NCBI GenBank assembly: GCA_023262965.1
Contig: JALQXX010000001.1
Span: 22,581-86,580 of the forward strand
Origin: Candidatus Marinamargulisbacteria bacterium
Lineage (GTDB): Bacteria > Margulisbacteria > Marinamargulisbacteria > UBA817
Length of the DNA stretch: 64,000 nt
Direction of reading: 5' to 3'
Shown here one piece after another: positions 1 through 9,425 of the stretch. The notes under the pieces were generated by a model. The model had not been told where the DNA came from, made no database searches, and saw only the letters and a list, made by a program, of their open reading frames with translations. Numbering within the stretch: position 1 is the stretch's first letter; each line of letters starts with the position of its first letter. The translations under genes and the position numbers were made by a program.

Positions 1-39
1 TGGAACTTTAGCGGTTTTTTGATAGGATAATACAAATTT

Positions 40-255
40 ATGACGGCCAAAACGGGTTCAAAAGCGTATTATATTATGGATCACTGCATTGCATGCACAA
101 CATGTAGCACGGTATCCCCGCAGGTGTTCAGCTTGGATGTATCTCGGCTCATAGCGGTTGTGCGTTCGCAGCCGACCAATCCGGTTGATGATGCCAAAAG
201 TTTTTCCGCTCTTAAGTGCTGTCCGGTGTCCGCTATTGGCCAGGTAACGCAATGA
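40..255 (+). CDS. small 4Fe-4S ferredoxin
   Basis: 71 aa; CIACTTC ... CP cysteine motif typical of single-cluster bacterial ferredoxins; stop overlaps the nadA start (ATGA). Confidence 0.6.
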   Translation: MTAKTGSKAYYIMDHCIACTTCSTVSPQVFSLDVSRLIAVVRSQPTNPVDDAKSFSALKCCPVSAIGQVTQ

Positions 256-1265
256 TTACTGCCGATGCATTATTTGAAAAATTATCCCATGTCACCTTAG
301 GGGGCACCATATGCCGGTATTCCAAAGATACCTGTGCGACACTGGCGCCCCAAATCAATGCAATTAACGCCCTCAAAGCCCAAAAAAATGCCATTATTTT
401 GGCCCATTCGTATGTCGCACCCGAGATTGTATACGGTGTGGCCGATCATGTGGGGGATTCCTTCGAGCTCAGTAAAATTGCACAATCCACGTCCTCTGAT
501 ATCATTATTTTTGCGGCGGTTAAATTCATGGCCGAAACCGCAAAGGTATTAAACCCCACCAAGCGGGTGTTTATTCCATCTCAGATTAATGGCTGTAGCT
601 TGGCGGATTCAATCACGGTTGAGGGGGTTCAGATTTTGCGTCACACCTACCCAGACCACGCCTTCATTTGTTATATTAATACATCAGCGGCGGTGAAAGC
701 ACACTGTGATTGTACGGTAACATCATCAAATGTATACACGATTGTGGAAAAGTACCCCAATGATCGGATTTATTTTTTACCCGATCGGCTGATGGGCCAA
801 AATATCGCCAATCACTTACAAAGCATTGGCAGCACCAAGATCTTTGACTACTATACAGGCACCTGCTACGTTCATGAAGAATACGATCCCGACATGATTG
901 CCTACATTCGATCCAAGCATCCCCAGGCCGCTATTGTGGCTCATCCAGAATGCCAGCCGGCCATTGTGGATCAGGCTACCTTTGTGGGGTCGACATCCCA
1001 AATGATTCAATACGTAAAAACCACCACACATGATCAATACGTTTTGCTAACCGAATGTGGCTTAACAGCGCGATTACAAGCAGAAGAACCACAAAAGCAA
1101 TTTATTGGTAGTTGCACGATGTGTCGCTACATGAAATCCAATACCCTCGATCACATTCAGCAGTGTTTGGAATCGCCACATCCGTCCTCCGAAATTCATT
1201 TGGATGATGCTACAATTCAGGGGGCGAATCAATCATTGGCGGCCATGTTTCGGTACGCGTCATGA
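252..1265 (+). CDS. nadA: quinolinate synthase NadA
   Basis: ILAHSY, FMAETAKVL, conserved Cys triad and overall NadA length; start placed at the internal ATG at 252 (ORF track begins upstream at 216). Confidence 0.85.
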   Translation: MITADALFEKLSHVTLGGTICRYSKDTCATLAPQINAINALKAQKNAIILAHSYVAPEIVYGVADHVGDSFELSKIAQSTSSDIIIFAAVKFMAETAKVLNPTKRVFIPSQINGCSLADSITVEGVQILRHTYPDHAFICYINTSAAVKAHCDCTVTSSNVYTIVEKYPNDRIYFLPDRLMGQNIANHLQSIGSTKIFDYYTGTCYVHEEYDPDMIAYIRSKHPQAAIVAHPECQPAIVDQATFVGSTSQMIQYVKTTTHDQYVLLTECGLTARLQAEEPQKQFIGSCTMCRYMKSNTLDHIQQCLESPHPSSEIHLDDATIQGANQSLAAMFRYAS

Positions 1266-1927
1266 TATCACCCACGCCGCCGCAGGTCCTTATTTCGCGA
1301 TTGCAGACGTTTTTGGATACCATTCCCCAAGCGGTGACCCCGGTATTGGCGACAAAGTACGCAACCGCTGCCGACATTACGGCTATCAGTTCTGTATTTC
1401 CGCATCTTATTTTTGGTGAAAATCGGGTGCAAAGTGGTCTAGAGAAGCAGGCAATTTGTGGGGATCTTCCCAATGATTGGCACTTTATAGGGCATTTGCA
1501 GCGCAATAAAGTTAAAATGGTCTGTGCCAGCTATAGGTTAATTCAATCGGTGGACTCGGTACGATTATTGGATGCCATTCATCACGCTACGCCATCCGAT
1601 CATCCCCCACAACCCGTTTTATTGCAAATTAATCCCTTGGACACCCCAACGCAATATGGATTGAGTGAATCGGCGATTCAGGAGATTATGGCGGGTCGAT
1701 CAACGTGGTCACGTGTGGCGATTAACGGTCTGATGGGAATTGCGCCACAAACATCCGATACAGAGCTCATAAAAAAAACATTCAAGCAAATACGCCAATT
1801 ATATGATAATCTAAATAGACATGGTGCATTGTTGTCAGTATTAAGTATGGGTATGAGTAATGATTATCGTATTGCTATTGACGAAGGTGCTACAATGATT
1901 CGGATAGGAAGCGTTATTTTTAAATGA
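1262..1927 (+). CDS. yggS: YggS/PLPHP-family pyridoxal-phosphate homeostasis protein
   Basis: 221 aa; FIGHLQRNK, LSMGMSNDY and RIGSVIF motifs of the alanine-racemase-N-fold YggS family; ATGA overlap with nadA. Confidence 0.85.
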   Translation: MISPTPPQVLISRLQTFLDTIPQAVTPVLATKYATAADITAISSVFPHLIFGENRVQSGLEKQAICGDLPNDWHFIGHLQRNKVKMVCASYRLIQSVDSVRLLDAIHHATPSDHPPQPVLLQINPLDTPTQYGLSESAIQEIMAGRSTWSRVAINGLMGIAPQTSDTELIKKTFKQIRQLYDNLNRHGALLSVLSMGMSNDYRIAIDEGATMIRIGSVIFK

Positions 1928-2376
1928 GTTTAATACAATCGGTTTTACAATTTTTTGGGTTTTCAGATCACGATGATGAGTCGGTGTCCAAGCCATCCGC
2001 AGAGGTGATCCATCACGTTTCACCGGAGCGCCCTACCATTCAGGCTTTTCCGGAATCAAAGATGATTCCTAGCGAAATTCGGATTGCTAACCCCAGTGTA
2101 TACGAAGATTCGGTAACCATTGCGAGTCATCTACAAAAAAAGCGAGCGGTACTGGTAAATTTGCAGCAACTATCCCCATCCACAGCCAAGCGCATGATCG
2201 ATTTTTTATGTGGAACGGCCTACGCTATGAATGGTCACATGAAAAAAGTAAGCGATTATTTATTTATATTTTCACCGTCGCACATTTTAATTGAGATGGC
2301 GGATGATATTAGTGATATTGAGCATGCGTACAATGAGCATGATCGGTACAAGCTAGACCAATTTTCGGGCACTTAG
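1924..2376 (+). CDS. sepF: cell division protein SepF
   Basis: C-terminal RAVLVNLQQL...AKRMIDFLCGTAYAMNGHMKKVSDYLFIFSP aligns closely with the Bacillus SepF core (VVVNLQRI...[31 protein letters not shown]); canonical yggS-sepF adjacency. Confidence 0.8.
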   Translation: MSLIQSVLQFFGFSDHDDESVSKPSAEVIHHVSPERPTIQAFPESKMIPSEIRIANPSVYEDSVTIASHLQKKRAVLVNLQQLSPSTAKRMIDFLCGTAYAMNGHMKKVSDYLFIFSPSHILIEMADDISDIEHAYNEHDRYKLDQFSGT

Positions 2377-3128
2377 TGGCGAATACACTCGGAGATTTAC
2401 AAGGGATTATCACCGAACTCCGTGGTCCGAACGGGTGTCCCTGGGATAAAGAGCAGACCTTAGAATCGTTAACGCCTTATATTATTGAAGAAGCGTATGA
2501 ATTGGTGGACGCCATTGAGTCGGCTCAACCCGATGCGATTATCGACGAACTCAGTGATCATTTACTGCATGTGGTGATGCTAACGCAATTAAGCCAAGAG
2601 CGGTATGGTATTTCATTGACGGATGTTATTACGCACTGTTGTCAGAAAATGATTCGTCGGCACCCCCATGTTTTTGGCGATAAAAAGGCCGAATCGGTGG
2701 CGGATGTTATGCAGCAATGGGAGTCGATTAAGCAATCGGAGCAATCGGGAAAATCGGTATTGCATTCGGTTCCGGCAAATGGTCCATCCTTGCAACAATC
2801 ACAAAAGATTCAAAAGAAAATCACGCACTGGGGGTTAAATCCAGTAGCCCTTGATACAGACGCTCATGTATGGCAACAGGCATTATTGCAAATGATGCGG
2901 GATCATTCAACCACAGGGGATAACCTGGGTCCGCTGTTATGGGCGGTTGTGTCTATCTGTGAGCAGTGGGACATATCTGCAGAAGATCACTTACGCAGCT
3001 ATTATCGTGCGTTTATAGAGCAATGTAATCAGCTGGAACCCCTGCTTCAATCCAAACCCTTATCCGAGTGGTCTGTCCAAGACCAACAAATCCTGTGGGA
3101 TCATCTCAAAAAACGTAAACTGGGGTAG
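2376..3128 (+). CDS. mazG: MazG-family nucleoside triphosphate pyrophosphohydrolase
   Basis: GCPWDKEQT...YELVDAI and RRHPHVFGD motifs; GTG start overlapping the sepF stop. Confidence 0.8.
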   Translation: MANTLGDLQGIITELRGPNGCPWDKEQTLESLTPYIIEEAYELVDAIESAQPDAIIDELSDHLLHVVMLTQLSQERYGISLTDVITHCCQKMIRRHPHVFGDKKAESVADVMQQWESIKQSEQSGKSVLHSVPANGPSLQQSQKIQKKITHWGLNPVALDTDAHVWQQALLQMMRDHSTTGDNLGPLLWAVVSICEQWDISAEDHLRSYYRAFIEQCNQLEPLLQSKPLSEWSVQDQQILWDHLKKRKLG

Positions 3129-3482
3129 TTGTGTGATACAGGTATTTTTAAAAACGTGGGCTGGATCCATTACCATCAATGAGTCGGCCATGTGCCGTGG
3201 TACCATCAACCGATGGATTCCCCGCAGTTGGTTCACAACCAAAGATTATTAAGATGGTATTCCCTTATTATAGTTGAGCTGTACCATTTTCGTACCTCAG
3301 TTTATTTTCGATATGGCTAAGGGTATGTTCTGTTAAAAAATCGGGGCGCATTAGTATTATTGTTGTACAAAATAACTCTATAATTGTATTATATACAATA
3401 TGTAAAAAAAAATCTGTCGAAATCCCTCCAAAATATTGGCATAGATATTTTATTAATAAAGTTGTAATCTCATCACACACTT

Positions 3483-3510
3483 GGCGGCCGAAAGGCCGCC
3501 TCCTTTTTAT
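3483..3510 (+). terminator. rho-independent terminator (perfect hairpin GGCGGCC-GAAA-GGCCGCC followed by a T-run)
   Basis: 7-bp GC stem, GAAA tetraloop, then TCCTTTTTAT; oriented for plus-strand transcripts in the mazG/proB convergent gap. Confidence 0.55.
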
Positions 3511-3653
3511 ATAGAGCACAAATTTTTAAAAAATGTCTCTTAAATGGTGGAGATCGCTGGGTTTTTTGTGTGCTTATACGCTATGCGATTGTCACAACAT
3601 ACCGTATTGGATCATATTTTTAAAAAGCCGATTCAATGTAACCCATGGGGGCT

Positions 3654-4403
3654 TTAGGCGTCTATAAACGTTCCGACACCTTTTTTTTCTAGCAAATCGG
3701 CAACAATGGTTGGTCGGCGTCCGTTTCCAATACGGACATCGATGCCTGCGGCTAATGCATTTGATGCGGCTAATAATTTGGAGGACATGCCGCCCCGCGA
3801 ATTGGATGAGGACAATCGAGAATCAACCCAACCCAGTTCGCGTGATGTAATGGCCGATAATTGTTGAACCACGGTATTGGTATCATCCAATAGCCCGTCT
3901 ACATTGGTTAACAAGATTAGTATATCGGCTGCCATTTCAATAGCTAACACGGATGCGAGTTGATCATTGTCGCCAAACTGAATTTCGTCAGTGGATACGG
4001 AATCATTTTCATTAATAATCGGAATAACATGATTGAGTAAAAGCGTATTAATGGTTGTTGTAATATTGGCGGTCTTTATAGAATCGTCAAAGTTATCTTT
4101 GGTGAGTAATAGTTGCCCAACACACCGATTTTTTTGTTGAAACAATTCATAGTATTGCTGAAACAGTATTATTTGCCCAACAGATGCGGCGGCCTGTTTT
4201 TCGGATAATGTATTTAATGTTTGTTGAATGTGACGTGATCCGGATGTAATCGCTCCGGAACTTACAATAATAAATTCAATGTCTGGATGATGCATGGTGT
4301 AATCGGCAACCTGAAAAATTAACGACGTCATATTGGTCACATCCAAGCGATGCGATGCGTCAGTTAAGAGATTGCTTCCAATTTTAAGAACGATTCGTGT
4401 CAT
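3654..4403 (-). CDS. proB: glutamate 5-kinase ProB (short form, no PUA domain)
   Basis: N-terminal RIVLKIGSNLLT amino-acid-kinase motif; 249 aa; downstream of obg as in many bacteria. Confidence 0.8.
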   Translation of the reverse strand: MTRIVLKIGSNLLTDASHRLDVTNMTSLIFQVADYTMHHPDIEFIIVSSGAITSGSRHIQQTLNTLSEKQAAASVGQIILFQQYYELFQQKNRCVGQLLLTKDNFDDSIKTANITTTINTLLLNHVIPIINENDSVSTDEIQFGDNDQLASVLAIEMAADILILLTNVDGLLDDTNTVVQQLSAITSRELGWVDSRLSSSNSRGGMSSKLLAASNALAAGIDVRIGNGRRPTIVADLLEKKGVGTFIDA

Positions 4404-5412
4404 ATACCATTTTAATAAGCGTGTCTTTCAACGCATCAATGCCGTTATTCCAATAGCAGGATAGTGGAATAAAGGACGTATCGCCCAATATCGTTTGCAG
4501 TGTCGATAAATCCGATGGGGATAGTACATCGGTTTTAGAAACAACGACCAGGTTTTTTTTTTCGGACAATAATGTGGGGTCGTATGTATTCAGTTCATTT
4601 TTAAGGGTGTTCAATGTAGACAATATATCCGATACATCCGGTAGTGTTGGTTCAATAACAAATACCAAAACAGCGGTGCGACTAATATGCCTTAAAAATT
4701 GATTGCCTAAACCAATACCTTCAGAGGCACGTTCCAAAATACCTGGCATATCGGCAATAACCAACTCATGATTATTGTGTTTAAGTACACCTAAATTGGG
4801 ATGCAACGTTGTAAATGGGTAATTGCCAATTTTAGGATTGGATTGAGTGAGTGTTTTCAATAACGTGGACTTGCCCGCGTTGGGATACCCAACGAATCCA
4901 ATATTCGCAATAATTTTGAGTTCCAAGCGCAATTGACAGGTTATTCCAGGTTTTCCAGATGTTGCTTTGCGTGGGGTCTGGTTGCTTGACGATGAAAAAT
5001 GGGGATTTCCTTTACCGCCTTTGCCACCTTTGGCAACCATCACCGTATCCCCATCATGGGTCAAATCACCCAATATATGGCCATTACTTGAAACAATCGT
5101 GCCACATGGCACATCAACAATACTGTTTTTACCACGTTTACCATGCTGCCGACGCCGACTGCCATCATCACCATGACCGGCCTTAATAACGCGTTTGGAT
5201 GATATATCTAGAAATGTACTAATCCGTTGTGTAGCTTTTAAAAAAATATCGCCACCATCGCCACCATCGCCACCATCAGGACCACCTTTTGGAACAAATT
5301 TTTCTCTATGAAAACTAATTTTTCCGTTGCCACCGTTACCAGAAATAACGGTTAACTCAACCAGATCAACAAAATTAGGAGTGCTAGTAGCACATGTATC
5401 CACATCAGACAT
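4384..5412 (-). CDS. obg: GTPase Obg/CgtA
   Basis: Obg fold with Gly-rich GGxGGxGG repeats (GGPDGGDGGDGGD), G1 box GYPNAGKST, DMPGI; start placed at the internal Met (ORF track extends to 5445). Confidence 0.9.
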   Translation of the reverse strand: MSDVDTCATSTPNFVDLVELTVISGNGGNGKISFHREKFVPKGGPDGGDGGDGGDIFLKATQRISTFLDISSKRVIKAGHGDDGSRRRQHGKRGKNSIVDVPCGTIVSSNGHILGDLTHDGDTVMVAKGGKGGKGNPHFSSSSNQTPRKATSGKPGITCQLRLELKIIANIGFVGYPNAGKSTLLKTLTQSNPKIGNYPFTTLHPNLGVLKHNNHELVIADMPGILERASEGIGLGNQFLRHISRTAVLVFVIEPTLPDVSDILSTLNTLKNELNTYDPTLLSEKKNLVVVSKTDVLSPSDLSTLQTILGDTSFIPLSCYWNNGIDALKDTLIKMVYDTNRS

Positions 5413-5460
5413 AGATTTATGTATTAAAACCTGTAAAAATACCATCCCCCCCTAAAATGA

Positions 5461-5724
5461 TCATCCCGTTGTAGACGGAATAATATGAACCGATTTCTTG
5501 TTCTTTTTTACAAATTTAAATGAGACTGCACCGTCCACTTTTGCAAACAATGTAAAGTCGTTACCCAACCCCACATGATCCCCTGGTAAAAACCGTGTGC
5601 CACGCTGACGTACTAAAATGGAACCAGCCGTAACCTGCTCGCCACCATAACGCTTGACCCCCAAACGTTTGGATTCGCTATCCCGACCATTTCGTGTACT
5701 TCCCTTACCTTTTTTATGAGCCAT
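5461..5724 (-). CDS. rpmA: 50S ribosomal protein L27
   Basis: [24 protein letters not shown] signature. Confidence 0.95.
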   Translation of the reverse strand: MAHKKGKGSTRNGRDSESKRLGVKRYGGEQVTAGSILVRQRGTRFLPGDHVGLGNDFTLFAKVDGAVSFKFVKKNKKSVHIIPSTTG

Positions 5725-5739
5725 TTATAATTCTCCTTA

Positions 5740-6066
5740 TTATTTATTTGTTGTGGACGATCCATCATTAATGGATGTAATGCGTATCAACGTTGATTTT
5801 TGACGATGCCCCCGAGTGACTTTGTAACCAGTTTTTCGTTTGAATTTAAATACGATGTCTTTTTCTCGCTTACCTGCAGTTACAACATTTGCTTGAACAG
5901 AGGCATTTTGAACATAAGGCGCACCATATGTAATGTTGGATTGATTTTGAACCATTAAGACACCATCGAACGATATGGTTTCACTATCAATCAATCCATC
6001 GATAACGAATACATCCCCTTCCTGAACCAAATGCTGTTTATCATTAATTTCAACAACTGCAAACAT
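5740..6066 (-). CDS. rplU: 50S ribosomal protein L21
   Basis: MFAVVEINDKQHLVQEGD... L21 family; rplU-rpmA-obg order. Confidence 0.93.
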   Translation of the reverse strand: MFAVVEINDKQHLVQEGDVFVIDGLIDSETISFDGVLMVQNQSNITYGAPYVQNASVQANVVTAGKREKDIVFKFKRKTGYKVTRGHRQKSTLIRITSINDGSSTTNK

Positions 6067-6123
6067 TATTAAACTCCTGAACTATAATTACGGATTTTAA
6101 AACCTTAATATCCGCATCTCAGA

Positions 6124-6152
6124 ATTGTATCACATGCATTCATGTAAAACAA
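6124..6152 (-). promoter_or_regulatory. candidate sigma-70-type promoter for the rplU-rpmA-obg-proB operon
   Basis: On the minus strand: TTGTTT, 17 nt spacer, TACAAT, about 50 nt upstream of the rplU start codon; by-eye only. Confidence 0.3.
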
Positions 6153-6287
6153 TTCGATTTTTTTGAAAGAAGGGTTGGCCACAAATTACATGGAGCTTGG
6201 CAAATGTCTAAAATATACAATGTGTTTTTTAATTGACGATCAGCCCGATACGTATTAACGTATTGGAGTAGGTAACATGGTAATGTT

Positions 6288-6364
6288 AGGCTCGTAGCTC
6301 CAATCGGTAGAGCATCGGTCTCCAAAACCGAGTGTTGTCGGTTCGAGTCCGACCGAGCCTGCCA
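6288..6364 (+). tRNA. trnW: tRNA-Trp (anticodon CCA)
   Basis: Manual cloverleaf: acceptor AGGCTCG/CGAGCCT, D-arm GCTC/GAGC, anticodon stem TCGGT/ACCGA with loop CTCCAAA, T-arm GTCGG-TTCGAGT-CCGAC, encoded CCA; canonical position upstream of secE-nusG. Confidence 0.88.
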
Positions 6365-6391
6365 TAATTATGAATCAAGGTACTTTTAATA

Positions 6392-6577
6392 ATGACAAAA
6401 AAACATAGCCCTCTTTATAACTTTCAAGCCGAGTTCAAAAAAATCGATTGGCCCAAGCGTGATTTTATTTTTAGGTCTTCTATAATTGTTGTGATTATGG
6501 TATTTTCTTTTACAGCATACATAGCCATTTGCGATTTTTTGTTTTCGACAATAATTTTTAGCATTAGGAATCATTGA
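6392..6577 (+). CDS. secE: preprotein translocase subunit SecE (minimal single-TM form)
   Basis: 61 aa; FKKIDWPKR motif followed by a TM helix; sits between tRNA-Trp and nusG. Confidence 0.75.
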   Translation: MTKKHSPLYNFQAEFKKIDWPKRDFIFRSSIIVVIMVFSFTAYIAICDFLFSTIIFSIRNH

Positions 6578-6589
6578 GAGGTAGTTTAT

Positions 6590-7258
6590 ATGAATGATGA
6601 AGTAACACAGTATGAAGATAAATCCGATTTAGAGGATTTCACTAACGGCGTTGAACCGAATGAATCGGATAGTGACTTTGATGAATTGGATTCCGATACA
6701 GATTCGAGTGATGCGGTTGACGGGGATGGCGATCATTTGTGGTACATTATTCAATGTTATGCTCTACATGAGCAAAAAGTGCGGGATCGTATATTGTATA
6801 TGATGGAAAATGAGTTTAAGGATATTGTTTTGCGTGTATTGCTTCCTGAAGAAGAAACGGTTGAGATCAAAAATAATGAGCGTCGTGAAAAATTAAAAAA
6901 AATGTTTCCTGGGTATTTGTTTGTACAAATGAAGCCCGATGAATCGGCTTGGTATCAGTTGCGACGATTGCCTGGTGTATCAAAATTAGTGGGTACACGT
7001 AATGAGCCAACCCCTGTTTCATCCGAAGAAATTAACCGTATACTTCGTCAACTTGGTGAAAAAATGAAAAAGATTGAGGTCGATTTTGAGTTGAACGAGG
7101 GTATAAAAGTAATTTCCGGGCCGTTTCGTGGATATACTGGGATTATCTCAGAGATTAATCCAGATCGGGGTAAATTAAAATCGTTAATATCTATATTTGG
7201 ACGAGAAACCCCTGTCGAGTTGGATTTTGATCAAGTTGAGAAATATATAGATAAATAA
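6590..7258 (+). CDS. nusG: transcription antitermination factor NusG (with an acidic N-terminal extension)
   Basis: NGN domain (WYIIQCYALHEQKV) and C-terminal KOW (VISGPFRGYTGII); preceded by a ~45-aa D/E-rich tail. Confidence 0.9.
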   Translation: MNDEVTQYEDKSDLEDFTNGVEPNESDSDFDELDSDTDSSDAVDGDGDHLWYIIQCYALHEQKVRDRILYMMENEFKDIVLRVLLPEEETVEIKNNERREKLKKMFPGYLFVQMKPDESAWYQLRRLPGVSKLVGTRNEPTPVSSEEINRILRQLGEKMKKIEVDFELNEGIKVISGPFRGYTGIISEINPDRGKLKSLISIFGRETPVELDFDQVEKYIDK

Positions 7259-7270
7259 AAAGGAGCGTAT

Positions 7271-7705
7271 ATGGCAAAAAAAAAGCAAGTTAAAACAGTT
7301 ATAAAACTTCAGATAAAAGGTGGTCAGGCTAATCCAGCTCCCCCAGTGGGACCTGCGTTAGGTCAGGCAGGCTTGAAAATCCCTGAATTTTGCAAAGCTT
7401 ATAACGATCAAACCAGTGATCGACCAGGTGAAGTAATTCCAGTTGAAATTACGGCATACGTAGACGGGACGTTTTCATTTGTATTAAAAACCCCTCCCGC
7501 ATCGGAATTAATAAAAATGGCTATTAACATTCCCAAAGGATCCAATATGCCAGGGAGGGATATTGTAGCATCTTTAACCACAGCCGATGTTCGTAGCATT
7601 GCTGAGAAAAAGTTGCCCGATTTGAATGCATTCCATATTGAGGCCGCGGAAAAAATTATTGCCGGTACGGCTCGAAGTATGGGGATAGAGGTGGTGTCAT
7701 CATGA
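7271..7705 (+). CDS. rplK: 50S ribosomal protein L11
   Basis: [23 protein letters not shown] signature. Confidence 0.95.
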   Translation: MAKKKQVKTVIKLQIKGGQANPAPPVGPALGQAGLKIPEFCKAYNDQTSDRPGEVIPVEITAYVDGTFSFVLKTPPASELIKMAINIPKGSNMPGRDIVASLTTADVRSIAEKKLPDLNAFHIEAAEKIIAGTARSMGIEVVSS

Positions 7706-8400
7706 CCAAAAAACGTCAGGCTGTATTAGACAAGCACGATTTTTCGATTGAATACAATCCCCAGGATGCCTTGGAGCTTTGTCAATCGGTTGCAAGTGCG
7801 GGATTCAATGAAACAGTGGAGGCTCATTTTTCACTGGGAATTGATCCACGTCATGCGGATCAGTTGGTTCGGGGTACCCTTGTATTGCCTCATGGCACCG
7901 GAAAAGATGTTCGTATTGTTGTGATTACAGATGATACGGTTGTGCAACCGATTTTGGATGCGGGTGCTATTGAATGTGGTTTGGATGATGTCTTGAAGAA
8001 AATATCCGATGGGTGGTTGGATTTTGATTTGATGATTGCTACACCTAAAGTAATGCCAAAATTGGGTAAGTTGGGTCGTTTGTTGGGTGCTCGTGGGTTA
8101 ATGCCAAGCCCCAAATCGGGAACGGTTACCACGGACGTCTTATCGGCTATCGCGGAATTTAAAGCCGGTAAATCGGCATTTCGAAATGATAAAGAGGGTA
8201 ATGTTCATTTGGTTATTGGAAAAATTAATTTTGATGTGCAAAAGCTTGTAGACAATTTCAATGTAGTGTATTCTCAAATCAATAAGTTGAAGCCTGCAAA
8301 GGCAAAAGGAATATACTTGAAATCCATTACAATCTGCTCTACTATGGGGCCTGGAATTAAGATTAAAACCCTCGATATTAAGTGGAAAGGTAATCAATAA
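7702..8400 (+). CDS. rplA: 50S ribosomal protein L1
   Basis: L1 family; position after rplK. Confidence 0.93.
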   Translation: MTKKRQAVLDKHDFSIEYNPQDALELCQSVASAGFNETVEAHFSLGIDPRHADQLVRGTLVLPHGTGKDVRIVVITDDTVVQPILDAGAIECGLDDVLKKISDGWLDFDLMIATPKVMPKLGKLGRLLGARGLMPSPKSGTVTTDVLSAIAEFKAGKSAFRNDKEGNVHLVIGKINFDVQKLVDNFNVVYSQINKLKPAKAKGIYLKSITICSTMGPGIKIKTLDIKWKGNQ

Positions 8401-8946
8401 ATGTCAAATAGAGCACAAATACAGGCAGTGAAGCAGTCCAAAATAGATACTCTCACCGAGGAGTTAACGGTTTCCGATGCCATTTTCTTTACAGAGTATC
8501 GTGGCCTAACGGTTTCTCAGATACAAACATTGCGCTCCGCTTTACGACCATTGGATGCATCTTATATTGTTATGAAGAATAGCTTGATCAAGAGGACGCT
8601 TTCCGGATTAAATATGGATTTCCCGGATTCTGTTTTGGCAGGTCCAACAGCTTTGGTTGTATCTAAAAAAGAGTGTCCGCAAGTTGCTTCAGAAGTCTAT
8701 AAATTTTTGTCTAGCAACGAAGCATTAGTCGTTAAAGGGGGCTATCTAGATGGCGCATTTCTATCAGGAAATGATGTTAAGGCGTTATCGAAACTTCCGT
8801 CAAAACAGGTTCTTTTGGGTCAGTTTGTGGGCGGTTTACAATCAGTAATTAGTCGTTTTGTTATGGGTGTTGGATCTCCGTTAAGGGGACTTGTGTATTC
8901 ATTAGAAGCGATTAAGAATAAAAAATTAGGAGGAAAAAATGTCTGA
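8401..8946 (+). CDS. rplJ: 50S ribosomal protein L10
   Basis: L10 family; position and length. Confidence 0.9.
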   Translation: MSNRAQIQAVKQSKIDTLTEELTVSDAIFFTEYRGLTVSQIQTLRSALRPLDASYIVMKNSLIKRTLSGLNMDFPDSVLAGPTALVVSKKECPQVASEVYKFLSSNEALVVKGGYLDGAFLSGNDVKALSKLPSKQVLLGQFVGGLQSVISRFVMGVGSPLRGLVYSLEAIKNKKLGGKNV

Positions 8947-9352
8947 AGAAACAACAGTCGAAATTGAATTAAGTAAAGAAGCGAAAGGAATTATTGATTC
9001 TGTTGAAAAACTTACCGTTCTTGAGTTGTCAAAATTGGTTAAAGCCCTTGAGGATAAATTTGGTGTGGTAGCTGCAGCTCCAGTAGCAGTTGCTGTGGCA
9101 GCTCCAGCAGGCGATGCCGGTGATAATGCGGATGATCAAAATGATACGGTTGATGTTATTTTAACATCGGCTGGTGATAAGAAAATTCAGGTGCTTAAGG
9201 CCGTTCGTGAATTAACCGGTTTGGGTTTAAAAGAAGCTAAAGAACTGGTAGACTCGGCACCAAAGCCTGTTAAACAAGGTGTTGATAAGGCAGAGGCTCA
9301 GCAAATTAAATCAAAGTTAGAAGAGCAAGGCGCAACAGTTGATTTGAAATAA
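8939..9352 (+). CDS. rplL: 50S ribosomal protein L7/L12
   Basis: Ala-rich hinge and C-terminal KEAKELVD...GVDKAEA motif. Confidence 0.95.
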   Translation: MSEETTVEIELSKEAKGIIDSVEKLTVLELSKLVKALEDKFGVVAAAPVAVAVAAPAGDAGDNADDQNDTVDVILTSAGDKKIQVLKAVRELTGLGLKEAKELVDSAPKPVKQGVDKAEAQQIKSKLEEQGATVDLK

Positions 9353-9367
9353 TCTATTTTCTTGAAT

Positions 9368-9408
9368 GCCTGGGATAATTTATTGCAATAAAGTCCCAGG
9401 CTTTTTTA
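9368..9408 (+). terminator. intrinsic terminator/attenuator between rplL and rpoB
   Basis: GCCTGGGA...TCCCAGGC stem with a palindromic loop, followed by TTTTTTATTT. Confidence 0.6.
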
Positions 9409-9425
9409 TTTAATTGAGGTGAAAG

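Noticed and set aside
3268-3519. 83-aa minus-strand ORF in the mazG/proB gap
   Set aside because: AT-rich low-complexity translation with no RBS context. It overlaps the terminator hairpin, so the region is better explained as non-coding, possibly an sRNA.
5220-5290. Short tandem nucleotide repeats (gccaccatcgccaccatcgccaccatc)
   Set aside because: They encode the conserved Gly-rich GGDGGDGGD repeat of Obg. They are not a CRISPR array or a VNTR of independent interest.
6140-6325. 61-aa minus-strand ORF
   Set aside because: Overlaps the tRNA-Trp gene and the rplU promoter region; spurious.
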